The translations under genes were made by a program, and so were the position numbers. From NCBI GenBank assembly GCA_963674815.2, contig CAXXTV010000009.1, positions 73,515 through 137,514 of the forward strand: DNA of 64,000 nucleotides, given 5' to 3'. The DNA is from Desulfocapsaceae bacterium. GTDB taxonomy: Bacteria; Desulfobacterota; Desulfobulbia; Desulfobulbales; Desulfocapsaceae. Of the stretch, positions 31,494 through 42,338 are shown piece by piece. Each line of letters begins with the position of its first letter. Within the stretch, counting starts at the first letter, position 1. The notes beneath the pieces are model-generated. The model did not search any database and had not been told where the DNA came from. It was given only the letters and a program-made list of their open reading frames with translations.

Positions 31494-32764
31494 TACTTCT
31501 TGGCAGTCTGCTGTTTTTTCTGATTCTTGGTGTGCCGATTGCCTATTCCCTCGGGTTATCCGCTTTTGCCTATTTCTGGATGGTTCATCCCGAGCTGCTT
31601 TCCATACTGCCTGCAAGATTTTATGCGGGGATGAACTCCTACGCGATGATTGCCATGCCGCTCTTTGTGTTCATGGGGCTGCTGATGAATTCAGGCGGTA
31701 TTACCGCCCGCCTGATTGACTTCAGCCTCATGTTTGTCGGACGTTTGCGGGGAGGTCTCGGGCTGGTGAATGTTATTGCCAGCATGATCTTTGGCGGCAT
31801 ATCCGGCTCATCGGTTTCAGATACAGCCTCTGTCGGAGCCGTCCTTATTCCAGAAATGAATAAAAAGGGGTATTCCCTCGAGTTTGCCAGCGGTATTACC
31901 GTCGCGTCGTCAACCATGGGGATGATCATTCCACCGAGTGTTCCGATGGTCATCTACGCATATATTTCCGAAGAAAGTGTCGGACGCCTTTTCCTGGGAG
32001 GTTTGATTCCAGGCGTGTTGATTGGCCTGTTAATGCTCATTATCACAGTGGTTGTTTCCTATTACAAGAAATTCCCCAAGGTGGAAGTAAGCCTTTCGGG
32101 TAAGGAGAAGATAGCCCTGACGGGCCGTGCCATCCCCGCACTCATCATGCCTGTTTTCGTCGTTGGTGCCGTGGTGCTTGGTTTGGCCACGGCGACTGAA
32201 TCGGCCGGTCTGGGAGTGCTGTATGCATTTTTTGTCGGGCTGCTGCTGTTGAGAGAGCTCGAGCTGAAAGCAGTTCCAAAACTATTGCGCGACTCGATCC
32301 AGACCAGTGCCACGGTGATGATCATTATCGCTCTTTCAAAACTCTATGTCTGGATTCTTGCCCTGGAGAGAATTCCGCAAAGTCTGGCCCTGTTTGTTTC
32401 CGGGCTCGAGCTGCCGATATTCGTGATCCTGTCTGTTGTACTTTTGATCATACTGCTGGTCGGCACCTTCGTTGATGTAAGCCCGGCAATATTACTGCTG
32501 ACCCCGGTTTTCCTGCCAGCCATGAAACTGCTGGGAATCAACGGTATCCAGTTCGGCGTGATCCTCATTACCGGGCTTGCAATGGGACTGGTGACCCCTC
32601 CGGTTGGCATGTGTCTAAATGTATGTTCGGCAATTTCCAAAGTTCAGATTGGCACAATATTCAAGGCTGCATTACCTTTTCTACTGGCAAATCTGATAAC
32701 GCTGATCCTGATTACCTATATCCCTCTACTCAGCCTCTGGTTGCCCTCATTGCTCATGGACTGA
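31487..32764 (+). CDS. dctM: TRAP transporter large permease
   Basis: 425 aa polytopic membrane protein with a DctM-type N-terminus (LGVPIAYSLGLSAFAYF). Confidence 0.9.
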   Translation: MLILLGSLLFFLILGVPIAYSLGLSAFAYFWMVHPELLSILPARFYAGMNSYAMIAMPLFVFMGLLMNSGGITARLIDFSLMFVGRLRGGLGLVNVIASMIFGGISGSSVSDTASVGAVLIPEMNKKGYSLEFASGITVASSTMGMIIPPSVPMVIYAYISEESVGRLFLGGLIPGVLIGLLMLIITVVVSYYKKFPKVEVSLSGKEKIALTGRAIPALIMPVFVVGAVVLGLATATESAGLGVLYAFFVGLLLLRELELKAVPKLLRDSIQTSATVMIIIALSKLYVWILALERIPQSLALFVSGLELPIFVILSVVLLIILLVGTFVDVSPAILLLTPVFLPAMKLLGINGIQFGVILITGLAMGLVTPPVGMCLNVCSAISKVQIGTIFKAALPFLLANLITLILITYIPLLSLWLPSLLMD

Positions 32765-32867
32765 GACCGCGAAGCAGGAAGCAAAAGAAGATAATTGCAA
32801 CAAAAATTTACCGGCACCATTGAAGAACAGAAGATAATCTAAAAAATATCATAAGGAGACAGGAATC

Positions 32868-33698
32868 ATGGAGGTTCGCAACGCAATACACCCCGACCAC
32901 GCAGCTATCCTCGATACAGACGAACTGAGAGAACATTTTTTAATTGAAGACCTGTTCACCTCAGGGGAGCCAAAACTGGTCTACACCTTCTATGACCGGC
33001 TTATTGTCGGCGGTGTCGAACCCACAAACCCCGTTGAGCTCAACATTGATCCTGGCGTTATCGGAGCCGAATATCTGCTTGAGCGCCGGGAGATGGGTGT
33101 AATCAATATCGGTGGACCTGGCAACATAACCGTCGAGGGGAAGAAAATTGATATGGCCCGGCGTGACGGTTTATACATCGGCAAGGGAAACAGAGAAATC
33201 GTCTTCAACAGCAGCGACACTGCCGACCCTGCACGCTTTTATATACTCAGTACCCCCGCTCACAGTGAATTTCCCATTGAAAAGATAACCTTTGCAGACG
33301 CCGAACCTGTAGAGATGGGTGCAATGGAGAACTCAAACAAGCGCACGATTCGCAAGTACATTTATCCGGGCGGGGTAGAAAGCTGCCAACTCGTCATGGG
33401 CATGACAACGCTTGAGACCGGCAGCATCTGGAACACCATGCCACCCCACTCGCACCAGCGCCGCATGGAAGCATACCTCTATTTTGACATGACCGATGAG
33501 GATCTTGTATTTCACTTCATGGGCGAAGCCAGACAGACGAGACACCTGGTAGTCCGCGAGGGGCAGGCAGTGCTCTCCCCGAGTTGGTCTATTCATGCAG
33601 GCGCGGGTACCGGCAGCTACACGTTCATCTGGGGCATGGCCGGTGAAAACCAGGCCTTTACCGATATGGACCATATCGCCATGGCGGAAATAAGATAG
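32868..33698 (+). CDS. kduI: 5-dehydro-4-deoxy-D-glucuronate isomerase
   Basis: 276 aa. MEVRNAIHPDHAAILDTDELREHFLIEDLF and the cupin His motif region (PPHSHQRRMEAYLYF) are typical KduI. Confidence 0.9.
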   Translation: MEVRNAIHPDHAAILDTDELREHFLIEDLFTSGEPKLVYTFYDRLIVGGVEPTNPVELNIDPGVIGAEYLLERREMGVINIGGPGNITVEGKKIDMARRDGLYIGKGNREIVFNSSDTADPARFYILSTPAHSEFPIEKITFADAEPVEMGAMENSNKRTIRKYIYPGGVESCQLVMGMTTLETGSIWNTMPPHSHQRRMEAYLYFDMTDEDLVFHFMGEARQTRHLVVREGQAVLSPSWSIHAGAGTGSYTFIWGMAGENQAFTDMDHIAMAEIR

Positions 33699-33794
33699 GA
33701 TTTTCCTGGATTTGACAGGGAAGCCTTGCGCCTGAGCATCTTTTCAGGCTCACCTGGAAAAACCCATTATGAACCCAATTTGCAAAGGAATATT

Positions 33795-34592
33795 ATGCCT
33801 AAAGTATCATTTGATTTAACTGGAAAAGTGGCTCTTGTCACAGGCGGGACGCATGGTATTGGAATGGCCGTTGCCAGGGGCCTTGCCCAGTATGGCGCAA
33901 AGATATGCGTGAATGACATCGACGATGCCAAGCTGGCAGCCTGTAAAGAAGAATACAAGAAAGACGGCATCGAGGCCTATACACTCAATTTCGATGTGAC
34001 ATCCGAGAAAGATGTTGATCGGGGGGTCTCCCAGATTGAAAAGGAGGTCGGGCCGGTTGATATACTTGTGAATAATGCGGGCATCATAAAACGCATTCCC
34101 ATCCTTGAAATGGCTGTGGAAGATTTCAGACAAGTCGTCGAGGTTGATTTGATTTCTCCGCTCATTGTAAGCAGGCGTGTTGCTCCCTCGATGATCAAAC
34201 GTCGTGCCGGAAAAATCATTAACATGTGTTCAATGATGAGCATTTATGGCCGCCAAAACGTCTCAGCGTATGCTGCTGCAAAGGGTGGTTTGAAACTCCT
34301 GACTCAGAATATGTGCTGTGAATGGGCGAAATACAACCTCAATATCAACGGTATCGGCCCCGGCTATATCGCCACGGCCCAGACTGCCCCGATCCGTGTC
34401 GACGGCCATCCGTTCAATGACCTCGTCATGACCCGCACTCCTGCAAATCGCTGGGGCGCGCCCGATGACCTGGCCGGCGCGGCGGTTCTTCTGGCTTCTG
34501 ATGCCGGCCGCTTTATAAACGGTCAGGTGATCTACGTTGATGGCGGGATTGCCGCCAATTTTGGTTACGTCAAAGGGGAAAACGAAGTGTAG
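33795..34592 (+). CDS. kduD: 2-dehydro-3-deoxy-D-gluconate 5-dehydrogenase-like SDR
   Basis: SDR motifs TGGTHGIG, NNAG and YAAAKGG. Lies adjacent to kduI. Start at ATG 33795 rather than the tracked 33726. Confidence 0.8.
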   Translation: MPKVSFDLTGKVALVTGGTHGIGMAVARGLAQYGAKICVNDIDDAKLAACKEEYKKDGIEAYTLNFDVTSEKDVDRGVSQIEKEVGPVDILVNNAGIIKRIPILEMAVEDFRQVVEVDLISPLIVSRRVAPSMIKRRAGKIINMCSMMSIYGRQNVSAYAAAKGGLKLLTQNMCCEWAKYNLNINGIGPGYIATAQTAPIRVDGHPFNDLVMTRTPANRWGAPDDLAGAAVLLASDAGRFINGQVIYVDGGIAANFGYVKGENEV

Positions 34593-34729
34593 TTCGCTTC
34601 TTTTTCAGAAAGCGGGGCCTGATGTTTGGGAATCCAGGCCCCATCGTCCTGTTCGCGCAAATTGCCTGGCTGATCCCTTAATAAAGAAAGTAATGGAGAT
34701 TAATCAGCAGACCCTGGGGAGGAAACAGT

Positions 34730-35296
34730 ATGTTTTTCAAAGGTCTTGCAGTTGCGTCAGCGTTCTTGTTCTGTATGTTGCTTCAGGCTCCTCACATTTT
34801 TTCAGCTGGGACAGACACTTCAGCTGGCTCCACTGTTAGCGGGAACCAGGATGATCCCGGACTGCCTACAACACCTATAGCACCAGAGGGGTATTTTGAA
34901 TTGCTCCAAAAGCTGGACAAGCTGGAAGAGTTGCAAAAGTTTGAAAAATGTTACCGGGATACTATCTCGATTTGTACCAAAGAATACGAGCAATGCTCCC
35001 AGGAACCGGATATCAGGCATCCGGGTCTGAACGCCTGTCTGGAAATAAAGTTTGATTGTCTGGAAACATGTAAAAGGGATTGCAGCATATGCTGCAACCG
35101 CGATGGAACGCCCGAGTGTTCCACAGATTGTCGAAAAACAAGAGCTTCATGTGAAAAAAAATGTGAAGAGGATGGAACGAGATGTACAATGGGGGCGATG
35201 ATGGGCAAGCCTGTAAAACCCATAGATAAAAATTGTGAAGAGCGGCTTGAACAGTGTAAAAAGGTTGTTGAAGAATTGTGTGTCGAAGACCTTTGA
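34730..35296 (+). CDS. secreted cysteine-rich hypothetical protein
   Basis: 188 aa. Signal peptide (LAVASAFLFCMLLQAPHIFSA), then a domain with many spaced Cys (CYRDTISICTKEYEQC...CLEIKFDCLETCKRDCSICCNRDGTPECSTDC...). Confidence 0.5.
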   Translation: MFFKGLAVASAFLFCMLLQAPHIFSAGTDTSAGSTVSGNQDDPGLPTTPIAPEGYFELLQKLDKLEELQKFEKCYRDTISICTKEYEQCSQEPDIRHPGLNACLEIKFDCLETCKRDCSICCNRDGTPECSTDCRKTRASCEKKCEEDGTRCTMGAMMGKPVKPIDKNCEERLEQCKKVVEELCVEDL

Positions 35297-35426
35297 TAAC
35301 AGTGGTGGAGATCTGGCCCGGATATTCAAACACCAGACCTGTTTCTATGGTGATTATATGCAAGAGCGCCGAGTATAGAACTGTTCAGTCCGATACAGTC
35401 CACAAAGAGCAAAACATAAATCTGTA

Positions 35427-37763
35427 TCACGGGAACACGGCTTCCAATGTCTTTGTTTCTCCAGTATTAATCAGCACACCTTCAAAGGCTTTCGTCGAAT
35501 GTTCTTTTAATTCGATCACAGAAACCGTGTAGACCCCGGGCGGCAGCTGAACAATCCGGGACCCGTTTTGGGGCCAGTTCGTCCAGTTTTTGAAAACCTT
35601 CTTCCCCTGCTCATCCAGGACTTCGATCGGCGTTGCAATCGGCGCTCCATTAGAGGTCGCATGAATGACCAGCTCCCCGGAAAAAAACGCTGCTGTCTTT
35701 TTCACTGTCTGGCCCGGAGCAATTTCAAGAGGATCAAAAACGATGAAGGGTTTGCCTGCAATTTCGTCATCGACCACCTCTATTCTGTAGCTTCCCGGCA
35801 GCAGTTTACGCTCGACAACTCCCGTTTTAAAATGGGTCTGCTCACTGTGAAAGCTTTTTGTCTCTCCCTGTCGATAGTAGCGGACCGTGGTTTTTTGGGG
35901 TTTGCCGTTCCGCAATGCAGTCAGCAGGATACTGCCATCAGAAAAATCGGCTGTCCGCGTCACCGTTTCGCCAGCGATTATCTCGATATTTTCGAGCCTC
36001 ACCTCAGGAGCGGAACCACCGCTCACGCTTGAATCTTTCACGCTGACACTGTATTTCCCCGGGGTCAACCTGATTTCGGCCAGCCCTGTTTGTGCTGAAG
36101 AGCTGGCAGGCACCCAGCGCTCACCGGTCTCTCCAGCTTTCAGCTCTATTTGAGCGCGAAACGGCTTTGAATTCTTGGTAACCGTTATCTCCAGTAATCC
36201 GTGCGGTGGCGTATGTTTCTTTACCACTTCAGCTGCGGCAGCAGAAAACTCCGAGGCGTTGTCAGCCGTGAAATAGGTTCCACCGCCCTCTCTGGCCATG
36301 CACTCTAATTCTTCTTTTTCTTCTTTGGTCACATCAAAACCGATAACGTGCATGATGAATCTGATCCCCGATTCCTTGAGGGTTTTAACGAGCCCACAGG
36401 GATCGGGATCACAGGTCTCCTTACCGTCGGAGACCAGAATAATGGTGGCCGTCTCTTCCAGGTCCCTGAGGCGCTCGGCAGTCAGGCGGACCGACCGGCT
36501 GATTGGGGTTTTACCTTTCGGCTTCAGCTTTTGTATTTCGGAAATCAGCCTGTTTTTATCCAAACGCTTCAGGGCGATAATCTCTTCGACATCATCGCAA
36601 TCCCCTTTGCGCCGATGGCCATATGCCACGAACCCTACAGCAGAATCTTGCGGCAGTTTTTCGATCAGATCAGTGAGCACTTCTTTGGCAATTTCAATTT
36701 TCGTCTTGCCGTCGATCTGGCCCCACATGGATCCCGAGGCATCAAGAATCAGGACAATATTCCCGGGATATTCCGGCGGATTCTCAGCGGGTGCAACACT
36801 GGCAGCAACACCAGGCCCGTCTTCTTTGCTTCCGGGAGACTCAACCTGCTGCTCCACGGTAACCTCAATCTCACCCGTTTCACCTGTTACATAGAGATCA
36901 TACGGCAATTTCTCAGGTGAAATCTCCCAGAACATGCTTTCACCACTCTCCAGGGATATACGCTCAGAGATCAGGATTGTTTTATCCTGACTCCTCACTT
37001 TTACCTCGGCAGATGCGGGTGTCTGGCCTGCAACAACTGCTTGAGCGGTAATAATAACATAGCGGTCAGGTTCCAGGCCGACAGCATGAGAAAATGTCGG
37101 TTTGATCAGGATCTTGTTGGTTATTTTGGCTTTGCGGGGTCTCGGTTTTTCCTCGCTGCTTTTTAGTTGATTCTTTGCGGAATCGATCTTTCTGTAACCA
37201 TCTGGAATTTCGAACAATAAATGATCAACAGGACCGGGAATAATATCCTTGATCTCCATTACCGGGCTGACATTCATGCCGTAGGTAATTTCCCTGAGGA
37301 CAAAATTGAGATCTTCTGAAAACCATACGCGACTTGCAAGCCGTGAATCTCCTTTCTTTCTGTATTCAATCACCTGGCATTCATACCCTGCGACAGTCTC
37401 TTGTCCAGCGGCAACCGCATCCATCTCCCTGCGCATGAACGCCCAGCCGGCAACGGGGTTCATCATCATGGTTTTGGTTAGGTCCCTTTCCTCCACGTAC
37501 TTTTTTTCCTGTGGGATCAAGCCGATGCAGACCTGGGTTTCCTGGTCGCAGATGGTGGGTGCAGAGGGTATATCAACAGGGCCCGCTGTCTTCTCGAGGC
37601 GATAGACGCTGTCTTTGACATTGAGCTGGTAGACCAGGGTTTCCAGCGAGGACGTAATCGAGAGCAGCGCCGAAAACTCCGCTCCTCTGGCGCAGGGCTG
37701 GATAATTGATAAACAGAGTATAGTTATGACAAAGAGCAGGCAGCGGCAAGAAAAAAACTGCAT
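35427..37763 (-). CDS. secreted von Willebrand factor A (vWA) domain protein
   Basis: 778 aa. Signal peptide. MIDAS motif in VLILDASGSMWG and the vWA body (ATIILVSDGKETC). Repeated beta-rich C-terminal modules. Confidence 0.8.
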   Translation of the reverse strand: MQFFSCRCLLFVITILCLSIIQPCARGAEFSALLSITSSLETLVYQLNVKDSVYRLEKTAGPVDIPSAPTICDQETQVCIGLIPQEKKYVEERDLTKTMMMNPVAGWAFMRREMDAVAAGQETVAGYECQVIEYRKKGDSRLASRVWFSEDLNFVLREITYGMNVSPVMEIKDIIPGPVDHLLFEIPDGYRKIDSAKNQLKSSEEKPRPRKAKITNKILIKPTFSHAVGLEPDRYVIITAQAVVAGQTPASAEVKVRSQDKTILISERISLESGESMFWEISPEKLPYDLYVTGETGEIEVTVEQQVESPGSKEDGPGVAASVAPAENPPEYPGNIVLILDASGSMWGQIDGKTKIEIAKEVLTDLIEKLPQDSAVGFVAYGHRRKGDCDDVEEIIALKRLDKNRLISEIQKLKPKGKTPISRSVRLTAERLRDLEETATIILVSDGKETCDPDPCGLVKTLKESGIRFIMHVIGFDVTKEEKEELECMAREGGGTYFTADNASEFSAAAAEVVKKHTPPHGLLEITVTKNSKPFRAQIELKAGETGERWVPASSSAQTGLAEIRLTPGKYSVSVKDSSVSGGSAPEVRLENIEIIAGETVTRTADFSDGSILLTALRNGKPQKTTVRYYRQGETKSFHSEQTHFKTGVVERKLLPGSYRIEVVDDEIAGKPFIVFDPLEIAPGQTVKKTAAFFSGELVIHATSNGAPIATPIEVLDEQGKKVFKNWTNWPQNGSRIVQLPPGVYTVSVIELKEHSTKAFEGVLINTGETKTLEAVFP

Positions 37764-37829
37764 CGTCTATCCTCCATGTAAGGTGGGATAATACAGCCCT
37801 GTCCAGGGCAGACTCAGTAAATCCTGCTG

Positions 37830-38246
37830 CTAGGGGCAGTCGCCAATACGCCGGCCCTCCATATGGCTCTTCATCTGCATCACCTGCTGCCCGCTGATTG
37901 TCATCAGCATGTCGCCTGAAAAAGTGTTCCCTCTGTATGTTATATCACCGCTTCCTTCCATATTTCCTCCGGGAGTGGTACACCGCAAGGTCCACTTGAC
38001 CCTGTCGCCTTCCTGGCTGACGCTTTCTACACTACACTTCTGGCCCGGTTGATTGTTCTGAGGCACAAGATCCTGTTTAGTGATACACTGTTCAAAAGAT
38101 GTTGGAGGCAGGCTCATTCCGGACATATCTACTGTCGTGGTGATTTGCCACAAACCCTCCTTCATGTTGAGTCCGGCGGCTCCGGCAACAGCTGTTATGA
38201 AACATGACCAGAAAACAACAGAAACGATAATCCATGTTTTTTTCAT
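37830..38246 (-). CDS. DUF3617-like small secreted protein
   Basis: Start at ATG 38246 after AAGGAGGA. Signal peptide. EGLWQITT... with conserved Cys spacing, as in DUF3617 proteins. Confidence 0.6.
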   Translation of the reverse strand: MKKTWIIVSVVFWSCFITAVAGAAGLNMKEGLWQITTTVDMSGMSLPPTSFEQCITKQDLVPQNNQPGQKCSVESVSQEGDRVKWTLRCTTPGGNMEGSGDITYRGNTFSGDMLMTISGQQVMQMKSHMEGRRIGDCP

Positions 38247-38548
38247 TTCATCCTCCTTTGCTTGTCTTCGTCCTGCCTGCTGAATTAACGAAAAATTAAG
38301 AATCAAAATGATCAGACCAGTTCACAAGTCACTCGTTTTATGTTCATTGGATGCTGCATTTAAATAGGCCTCGGAATATGATTTTCATTACTTCATCATA
38401 AAAGCAGAATACCACCAGACCGTCTAAAAAACGATATATATATCGATATTTCAGCTATATACCACGCTGTTAACCATATCAAACCGGAGATCGACCAGAC
38501 ATTTGAAACTTCGAAAAAATTATATGCTCTCATTCATTTTTCAAAAGC

Positions 38549-39430
38549 ATGTATTACGGTTGCCTTATGAACTCTCATCTCAACATCGGAACCTGCTCCT
38601 GGAAATACGACTCCTGGAGAGGCCTGATCTACCCTGAACAAGGTCCCGTCAACTACCTCAGGGAGTACAGCCGTTACTATGACACTGTCGAGATTGACCA
38701 ATGGTTCTGGTCCCTGTTCAAGGGTGACAAGGTTGTCCTGCCAAAACCTGACACGGTGCGGGACTACGCCCGTTCAGTGCCGGAACATTTTATCTTTTCA
38801 ATCAAGATTCCAAACAGCATCACCCTGACACATCACTACAACAGGGACAAGAAAGCAGCCCTGCAGCCCAATCCCTGCTTCCTGTCGATCGAGCTGCTGC
38901 ACCGGTTCATCGATTGCCTTGAACCGTTGTCCGGCCATATTGGGCCGTTGATCTTCCAGTTTGAATATCTGAACAAGAAAAAGATGGCGACAAAGGAAGC
39001 GTTCTTCGAGCGATTTCATGAATTTGCAGAAAAGCTGCCAAAGGGATTCAGCTATTGTCTGGAGCTGAGGAATCCGAATTATCTCTGTTCAGACTATTTC
39101 AGTTTTCTCTCGGCGAGCAATCTGCATCACGTATTTTTGCACGGCTATTACATGCCCTCAATCTTTGCTGTCTACGAGGAGTATAAAGAGCTGCTGGGCA
39201 ATCTGGCGGTAATAAGGCTCCACGGCCCTGACAGAGAAGCTATTGAAAAGCGGAGCGAGAATACATGGAACCAGATTATCGCCCCCAAAGACACCGATCT
39301 TGCGAGCCTGAAAGAGATGATCGCTGGGCTCAGGGCTGCCCAAGCAAGGATATTTCTCTATGTCAACAATCACTTTGAGGGCTCGGCCCCCAGGACAATC
39401 TCCAGAATCCACGAGATGCTCGAGTCATAG
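38549..39430 (+). CDS. DUF72 (UPF0759) family protein
   Basis: IGTCSWKYDSWRGLIYP...YLREYSRYYDTVEIDQWFW is the DUF72 N-terminal signature. Alternative start at ATG 38567. Confidence 0.8.
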   Translation: MYYGCLMNSHLNIGTCSWKYDSWRGLIYPEQGPVNYLREYSRYYDTVEIDQWFWSLFKGDKVVLPKPDTVRDYARSVPEHFIFSIKIPNSITLTHHYNRDKKAALQPNPCFLSIELLHRFIDCLEPLSGHIGPLIFQFEYLNKKKMATKEAFFERFHEFAEKLPKGFSYCLELRNPNYLCSDYFSFLSASNLHHVFLHGYYMPSIFAVYEEYKELLGNLAVIRLHGPDREAIEKRSENTWNQIIAPKDTDLASLKEMIAGLRAAQARIFLYVNNHFEGSAPRTISRIHEMLES

Positions 39431-39832
39431 CCCCAGGGACTTCTACCCCTCCTGCTGCAGCGGCCTCATTACCCGTGCCGGCCCCTGTCAAAATGCGCCC
39501 TCCCTCAACAGCCCGGCACATCGTCTTGAGGAGACCTTCTGCCATTCTCCCGGGATGATAAAAAGCCCGCATATAATGCAGGATAAGCAGCTTCTGCAGT
39601 GATACGGATACGAATTGAAGAGGAATGGCTGTCTGTTCACGAGTTGTCTCTGCCAGGAACAGCAAAGGAGATGATTCGAGCCCGGAGGACAGAGCCCTCT
39701 GGCAACGGATCCAGTGTTTTTCAGGGACAGCCAGTCACCTCAGCTCAACAGCCCATTTCCTCTTCAATTGGTGGTACTTTTAAACTGTTTACTCCTCCGC
39801 AGCAATTGCATTCTACGGTTCAGCCCCTGTGT

Positions 39833-40165
39833 CTACTTGCCGAAAAGACTGAAAAGAGCTTTTCTGGCAGAGCCCAACGCTGGCTGATGGGCGATCAATT
39901 CTTTTAACTCGCCCGGGTCAAGGTGGACAGCTCCGCAGTCTTTATTGACACAGATATCTATTTTGACATGCCCTTCGTCTATTTCAGCAAGGCTCTGCGT
40001 ACCACACCTGAAACAGTGGTATTTGTGTTCTTCGCAGTACTTCTCGCTGCACTCTTTGGCTGCTTTCTCGCGCAGTGCCTCGAGCAGTTTTTTGTCACGC
40101 TCTGCAAAAAAGGCTTCCTCTGATCCTTTGTGCACTACCTTTACTTTGACATCTTTTTGTGCCAT
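39833..40165 (-). CDS. zinc-ribbon (zf-TFIIB-like) domain protein
   Basis: 110 aa. CFRCGTQ...CVNKDCGAVHLDPGELKEL matches the CxxC...C..CgGvwlD.gEl pattern. Confidence 0.6.
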   Translation of the reverse strand: MAQKDVKVKVVHKGSEEAFFAERDKKLLEALREKAAKECSEKYCEEHKYHCFRCGTQSLAEIDEGHVKIDICVNKDCGAVHLDPGELKELIAHQPALGSARKALFSLFGK

Positions 40166-40759
40166 GACTCCTCTCCTCTGTGCTTATTCATGTGATTTTA
40201 TAACCTTGTAAGAAAAAAGGCCGCTTCCTAAAAGACGCTGATCTGGTATTTTTTAACCCCCTCTGCGCTTCGCTCTTCATGACGGTAAACATGATAATGA
40301 TGCGCTGCAAATCCTGTGCAATGGTATAAAACCTCACCAACACGTGTTTCTACGTTCAGCCTCTTTGTCAAGCAGGCGCCTTCTTTTACCGGATAACGAC
40401 GCCCGGCCAGTCAGAAGCCCGCTCCGGACGTATATAATACTGTCTTGTGTAAAAATATCAATCATCTAAGAACGATTTGCTCCGGCTGTTTTCAGTTTTG
40501 AAATAGTCACCATGGCAGTGTCTTTCTCGGTGTGCTCAGCTTGTTATTGGTCAAAACAGCTTGTCTCATGCCCGATCACGCCGATCAAGCCAGTCGCGTT
40601 ATGCCCAATTGAACCTTTATTCCCAGCGCTGCAAGTAACGGAGAGCACAGTTCTTGATATAGCATCAAACCGTGCTAATAATAGTGTCTACAGGTTGACT
40701 TTCTGCCTTATCACGGAAGAAGAGCAGGTGTAAATCTCAAAACCTCCAAGGAGAAGATT

Positions 40760-41044
40760 ATGACAACCCCGGAAGAAACAGTACCTGAAAAGACAAGTCT
40801 CGATAAAACGGTGGATATGCTCTCTGGTTTGAAGGAAATGATTCATTATGCAAAATCAAATATCGAAAAATTGTCTGAATTCTGGCTGTTTATGGAAGAT
40901 GAGGTAAAAAGAAAAGAATTTGCAGAAAAGATAGATGACCTCCTGGACAAGCAATCTTCCCTCCACAGTGATCTGGAGGAAACGGCCAATGAAATCCAGG
41001 CGGAGATAACCCGTATCAAAAATGAAGGGGGAACTTCACTGTAG
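40760..41044 (+). CDS. hypothetical coiled-coil protein
   Basis: 94-aa ORF preceded by AAGGAGAAG. No recognisable motif. Confidence 0.35.
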   Translation: MTTPEETVPEKTSLDKTVDMLSGLKEMIHYAKSNIEKLSEFWLFMEDEVKRKEFAEKIDDLLDKQSSLHSDLEETANEIQAEITRIKNEGGTSL

Positions 41045-41173
41045 CAACGCGCTGCAGTCGAGCGAAACAACAGCTGAGCACACCTGGACATAACCGGCAC
41101 TCTCTTGAGTATCAGCTTGGTGCCGGATCAAAACGACAGTGCGATTATGCCAGGCAGTCACTCTCTTCCACCA

Positions 41174-41201
41174 GGCCCGTAACCAGTCAAAGTTACGGGC
41201 C
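41174..41201. repeat. copy A of the leuU-terminator-like hairpin (GGCCCGTAAC-8 nt-GTTACGGGCC)
   Basis: Perfect 10-bp stem. The arms are identical to the hairpin at 50557-50584 and only the loop differs. It is followed by GCCGAA..ACTC, which resembles a collapsed tRNA-Leu 3' end. Confidence 0.6.
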
Positions 41202-41714
41202 GCCGAAACTCAGCCTTCTGTCTAGCCTGTTCTATCCACTCAAATCATGTGCTGATTCGATTCCGGAGTCACACCAACTGCGGCATCCAGGACAGGACCG
41301 GCGTCACTTGCCTTTTACCGATACTCCTTTCAGACAAGCAAAAGAGGCATGCCCGGCGCCGGGCAACGGGCTTCTGCTGGACAACTGAGTGATGATTACA
41401 GCAAACAGGTACTCATTTACCGGAAGAGCCGTGTAATCGACGTTTATCTTTCATGTATCACCCCGACCGAATCCCTTTTGTCTGGTATTGTGGATAATGT
41501 TTCCGGAAATCCGGATAAAAAAAGAGTTTTATTTCCAGTCAATTAGTTGACAAGATGCACATATTGACTGGAATCTCTGTGGGTTACCATAAATACCACA
41601 ATGTGGTGCAATAATTGCATAATTGTAATTACGTTTAGGCAACCCTAATTGATTATCGGTACATGATGTCTAATCGAACAAAGTCACATTAACTAGGCTC
41701 TGGAGATATATGTT

Positions 41715-42338
41715 ATGAAAAAGGTACTCGCACTACTGGTGAGCACACTCTTGCTGTCGATTGGCAGCGTTGCCTCAGCAGACCCGATTAACACCTTTAC
41801 CAGTTCGTTAACCTTCGAAGGATTCGCTGTCTATGCAGACCACCGAAGTGGTCCAGCATTCGGCCCGCTCTACGGAATCGGTTACGCCGAATATTATGGA
41901 GATGAAAACCTGCCAAGCGATTTGTCCATGGAGTATGACTGGACACTGAGCTATGATTTTCATGCCCAGGGCGTGTATACCACAGGTAGATCCTGGGATT
42001 ACTTTGATTACAATGTTTCCAGAAGTTTTGATCTAGGCAGTTTTGCCCTCGGTGACAGTGGAAATCCTGTCACATCTGGCAGGAGATTCATTGAGAATCT
42101 CGATCCATTTGCGTTCAGTCCCGGACTTGGCGGATACATGCATTTTGGTGACTGGGAACATGGTGTCGTGCTAGCAGGACTTTCTCTTCCCATCGCTAAT
42201 CTGAAGAGTGCACTTGTACGGTTCAATGGTGATGTCCAGTTAACGGCGGCGAGCCCTGTGCCCGAACCAGCAACAATGCTCCTGTTCGGAACAGGGTTAG
42301 CCGGTCTTGCCGGCGCGGCATTTAGAAAAAAGAAGTAA
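41715..42338 (+). CDS. PEP-CTERM sorting-domain secreted protein
   Basis: Signal peptide. C-terminal VPEPATMLLFGTGLAGLAGAAFRKKK (PEP motif, TM, basic tail). Confidence 0.85.
   Translation: MKKVLALLVSTLLLSIGSVASADPINTFTSSLTFEGFAVYADHRSGPAFGPLYGIGYAEYYGDENLPSDLSMEYDWTLSYDFHAQGVYTTGRSWDYFDYNVSRSFDLGSFALGDSGNPVTSGRRFIENLDPFAFSPGLGGYMHFGDWEHGVVLAGLSLPIANLKSALVRFNGDVQLTAASPVPEPATMLLFGTGLAGLAGAAFRKKK

Noticed and set aside
34614-34642. The hairpin GGGGCCTG-13-CAGGCCCC after kduD as an intrinsic terminator.
   Set aside because: The stem is good, but no U-tract follows on the plus strand. I cannot support calling it a terminator.
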